A DNA stretch of 64,000 nucleotides, from contig JBBILD010000007.1 in the NCBI GenBank assembly GCA_037445065.1, forward strand, positions 32,001-96,000, read 5' to 3'. Numbering within the stretch: position 1 is the stretch's first letter; every line of letters begins with the position of its first letter. Of the stretch, positions 61,050 through 64,000 are shown one piece after another. Both the position numbers and the translations under genes were made by a program. Under the pieces are notes generated by a model that had not been told where the DNA came from, did not search any database, and saw only the letters and a program-made list of their open reading frames with translations. Source of the DNA: Myxococcales bacterium (lineage in GTDB: Bacteria; Desulfobacterota; Binatia; HRBIN30).

Positions 61050-62192
61050 ATGAGCGCAGCTCCGCCTCCGACGTCTCGCTCCAACTTCGATCCTTGGGCG
61101 CCGCGCCCCCGCGCTACGGCACGCTGGGTGGTGGTCTCGGGGCTGGTGCACGCCGCACTACTGCTGCTGTTCGCAACCGTGACCCTGACCGTGATCCAGA
61201 AAATCGAGGAGATTCGGGTCAAGGTGCAGGAAGAGGCGATCCCAGGCCCGGAAAATTTGGAGGGGGCAGATTCCCTGCGCGACGTGGCCGGCGCCCTGCG
61301 GCCGGAACAAGCCTTGCCCAAACGAGCCCAAGCGAGCGGGCCCGCGCCGCAAGGCATCCGCGCCCCCGAGCTTCCCGCCATCGGTGGTTTCGGACCGAAG
61401 CTCGGCGGGCCGGTCCTCGATATTCACACTCCAATTTCCTTTGGCGCGGGCGGCGCTGGGGTCGGCGGACTGGGCGGTTCATTCGGTGAATACGTGGGCG
61501 GGCTGCGGCGCGTCGGCCTCGACGTGGCCTTGGTGATCGATACCACCGACAGCATGCAGTTCGTCATTGACGAAGTGCGCTCGCGCCTCAAAGCGTTCGT
61601 CGCCGCGCTGCAACGGATGGTGCCCACTACCCGCGTTGGCATCGTGGTCTATCGGGACAAAGGCGACGACTACGTGGTGAAGTGGACCGACCTCAGCTTC
61701 AACACCCAAAAGCTGCTGGATTTCTTGGCCAACATCCGAGCGGGCGGCGGGGGCGACTGGGAAGAGGCGGTCAAAGACGCACTCGATACAGCAGTGCACG
61801 AACTCAACTGGCGCAAGAAATCTAAAAAGGTCCTGATTATCGTCGGCGATGCACCACCACACCCGTGGGAACTCGACGAGGTCAGGGGAATCGTGCGCGA
61901 GTTTCGCCAGCAAGGCGGCTTCGTGAGTGCGATTGACGTCACCATTCCGGCGCACGAAATCTTCGACCGCCATATGTGGCGCTCTCTCCACGGCAGCAAA
62001 CCGTACCAGCCCTCTCCACTGCCGGACTTCTACCACGAAGTGAGCCGCACTTATGGGGAGATCGCCAAACTAGGCGGTGGCGAACTGGTACAGCTCCGCG
62101 AGAACAAGGCACTCATGCGCAGCATTCTCGAACTGACCTTTGGCAGTCGCTGGAAAACGGAGATGCAAAAGTACCTGAAGGAGTTGACCTAA
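61050..62192 (+). CDS. Membrane-anchored vWA protein with a TonB-like N-terminal helix
   Basis: TM VVVSGLVHAALLLL (SxxxH), Pro/Gly-rich linker, then vWA motifs LVIDTTDSM, GGGDWEE and VGDAPPH. Confidence 0.85.
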   Translation: MSAAPPPTSRSNFDPWAPRPRATARWVVVSGLVHAALLLLFATVTLTVIQKIEEIRVKVQEEAIPGPENLEGADSLRDVAGALRPEQALPKRAQASGPAPQGIRAPELPAIGGFGPKLGGPVLDIHTPISFGAGGAGVGGLGGSFGEYVGGLRRVGLDVALVIDTTDSMQFVIDEVRSRLKAFVAALQRMVPTTRVGIVVYRDKGDDYVVKWTDLSFNTQKLLDFLANIRAGGGGDWEEAVKDALDTAVHELNWRKKSKKVLIIVGDAPPHPWELDEVRGIVREFRQQGGFVSAIDVTIPAHEIFDRHMWRSLHGSKPYQPSPLPDFYHEVSRTYGEIAKLGGGELVQLRENKALMRSILELTFGSRWKTEMQKYLKELT

Positions 62193-62193
62193 C

Positions 62194-64000
62194 GTGGGGC
62201 GAAACGTCTGGCTGCTCGCCCTGCTGGCATTGCTGGCCAGCGCGGTGGCAGGCGCGCAATCCGTGGCCGACATCGTGGCCCGCGCCCGGCAGGTGAAGCA
62301 AAGCTGGTCCGGGGGCCAACCACCGAGCGACGAAGCAGCCCTGCGCCAATCCATCGCCCGGTTAGGAGAGGCGGCCTTGCAGTTCATCGCCCTCAGTGAT
62401 CGCTTCGAGCAGCAAGGGGGAGGGAAGGAAGGGGAAGCTTTGCTGGAAGCATACCGCGCGCTGAGCCAACCGCTCGAAGCCATTTACGAGGCGACAGGCG
62501 GCAAGCTCGAGCGCATGGTGCAAAAGGTCATCGCGGAAGACGGCGACTTGGAAGCTCTCTACGAATCCCCGGAGTACCGCAGAGCCGGCACCCTCGGAGC
62601 GCAAGCACTCTACTATCTGAATTGGGTCCGTTTTTACGGCGCGCGCCGGATGGAAGGCGCCCAACGCAAGATTCTCTTGGAGAAAGCAATGCAGGGTTTC
62701 GGCGAGTTTGCCGGCAGCGACAACGCGGAACTCCGACGCGAGAGCTTGCTCGGCCGCGGCCTCTGCGCCCTCGAACTGGGCGACTTGGACGCCGCCACCC
62801 AGGATCTCCTCGCAGTGGCCGACGACCCGCAAAATCCTGCCGAACGCCGATCCAAGGCGCGCCTGGCCTTGCTCGATGCGTACGTGCGGCATGGTCGGTA
62901 TCGGGAAGCGGTCCAGCTTTCTGCCGCCTTGATGGGTACCGCTGGGGCGGATGCGCGGGTGCGCTTTTTGCACGCCCGCGCCTTGTTGGAACTGGCGCGC
63001 AAAGCCAGCGCCGAAGAAGCAGAACGGTTGCGCAAGGACGCGGTGGCTGCGCTCGAACCGCTGCAGCGTGGCGGCGGGGTGTGGGCCGAACGCGCACAAG
63101 GACTCCTCCTGTCGTTTGCGGACGATCCGGCGCGGCTCGCCAAAATGGTCGAAGGTCCCCGGGCGCGCATCGAGCTGGCCAAAATGCTGCTGCAGAAAAA
63201 GGACTACCGGCAGGCCATCTCCGTGCTCGAAGAGGCGGGGAGGTCCGGGTCTCTTTCCCCCGCACTCGAAGCAGAGCGCCGTTACGTGCTGGGTTTGGCC
63301 CAGTTCCAAAGCGGCCTGTGGCGCGAAGCGGCGGAGAACCTGAGGCTAGCCGCACAGGAGAAGACCGGCGAGGACGCGGCGGAGGCAGCCTACCTCCACT
63401 TCAAGGCTTGGGAGCGGATGGCTGCCGACCAACGGGAACAAGCGGACTTGGCTGCCTACGAGCGAGCCATCCGAGCGTACGTCGAGCGCTTTCCCCAGCA
63501 CCGCTTTGCCTACGAGGGCTTTTTCCGGCTGGGCGAGCTGCTCCAGCAGCGCAAACAGTGCAAGGAGGCGCTGGAAGCATTCGCGCGTGTGAGCGGCGAT
63601 GCGGAGTTTCATGTCCGTGCTCGCTTCGGAGCGCTTCAATGCCGAGTGACCTTGCTCGCCGAGTCGGGTAGCCCCTCTGCACAAACGCTGGCGGAACTCG
63701 GCAGTGAACTTGCGATACTGACCCGGGCCCTCGAAGATCTCAAGCACCGCCAGCGCAACGAGCCCGTGGTGCTGAGCGGTCTCGAAGCGAAACTCACCCT
63801 CCTTCGCGCCGCGTGGCAAAGCTGGCAGGCGGAGCCAGACTGGCAGCAAATCGCCTCCGCGCTCGAAAACTTCGAGCAGCGCTATGCGCAGCAAAGCGAG
63901 CTGTTTGCGGCTGTCAACCGCTTGCGCTTACTCGCCTACTTGCGCCTCGGCCGCTTCCGCGACGCCGAGGCCGTGGCCGAGCGCTGGGCGTCGGAACTGG
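62194..64000 (+). CDS. Large exported TPR protein, 3' end truncated by window edge
   Basis: Not in the ORF track because it is open to the edge. GTG 1 nt after the upstream stop: MGRNVWLLALLALLASAVAGA-QS signal peptide, then TPR-like helices (LLGRGLCALELGD, YVLGLAQFQSG, YVERFPQHRFAYEGFFRLGELL). Confidence 0.85.
   Translation, partial: MGRNVWLLALLALLASAVAGAQSVADIVARARQVKQSWSGGQPPSDEAALRQSIARLGEAALQFIALSDRFEQQGGGKEGEALLEAYRALSQPLEAIYEATGGKLERMVQKVIAEDGDLEALYESPEYRRAGTLGAQALYYLNWVRFYGARRMEGAQRKILLEKAMQGFGEFAGSDNAELRRESLLGRGLCALELGDLDAATQDLLAVADDPQNPAERRSKARLALLDAYVRHGRYREAVQLSAALMGTAGADARVRFLHARALLELARKASAEEAERLRKDAVAALEPLQRGGGVWAERAQGLLLSFADDPARLAKMVEGPRARIELAKMLLQKKDYRQAISVLEEAGRSGSLSPALEAERRYVLGLAQFQSGLWREAAENLRLAAQEKTGEDAAEAAYLHFKAWERMAADQREQADLAAYERAIRAYVERFPQHRFAYEGFFRLGELLQQRKQCKEALEAFARVSGDAEFHVRARFGALQCRVTLLAESGSPSAQTLAELGSELAILTRALEDLKHRQRNEPVVLSGLEAKLTLLRAAWQSWQAEPDWQQIASALENFEQRYAQQSELFAAVNRLRLLAYLRLGRFRDAEAVAERWASEL

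Overview
GC-rich bacterial chromosomal window of mostly housekeeping and metabolic genes, about 57 CDS. No rRNA, tRNA, CRISPR array, integrase or transposase was recognised. Recognisable loci: eno divergent from ftsB, a RavA/ViaA-like MoxR-vWA pair, a B12 radical SAM gene, rnhA, purM, a BCAM0308-prs-beta-CASP cluster, an ate-amidohydrolase-fmdB-hydantoinase A run, a MacAB-like ABC exporter, a thiolase/DUF35 pair, a sphingosine-1-phosphate-lyase-like gene, the imuA-imuB-dnaE2 mutasome and pntAB. Most unusual items: (1) an ExbB/ExbD-type proton-motor operon at the right end whose third gene has a TonB/TolA-type SxxxH membrane anchor fused to a vWA (MIDAS) domain, followed by a large exported TPR protein; (2) a divergently transcribed TetR protein resembling Vibrio LuxR/HapR quorum-sensing master regulators; (3) an unannotated 25-aa Lys-rich micro-ORF with its own promoter, SD and terminator, enclosed by a 16-bp inverted repeat; (4) an LsrK-like kinase operon with a perfect palindromic operator; (5) a candidate direct-repeat SOS box. 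All family assignments come from motif recognition by eye, with no database searches. Start codons were adjusted by hand where the ORF track starts too early.
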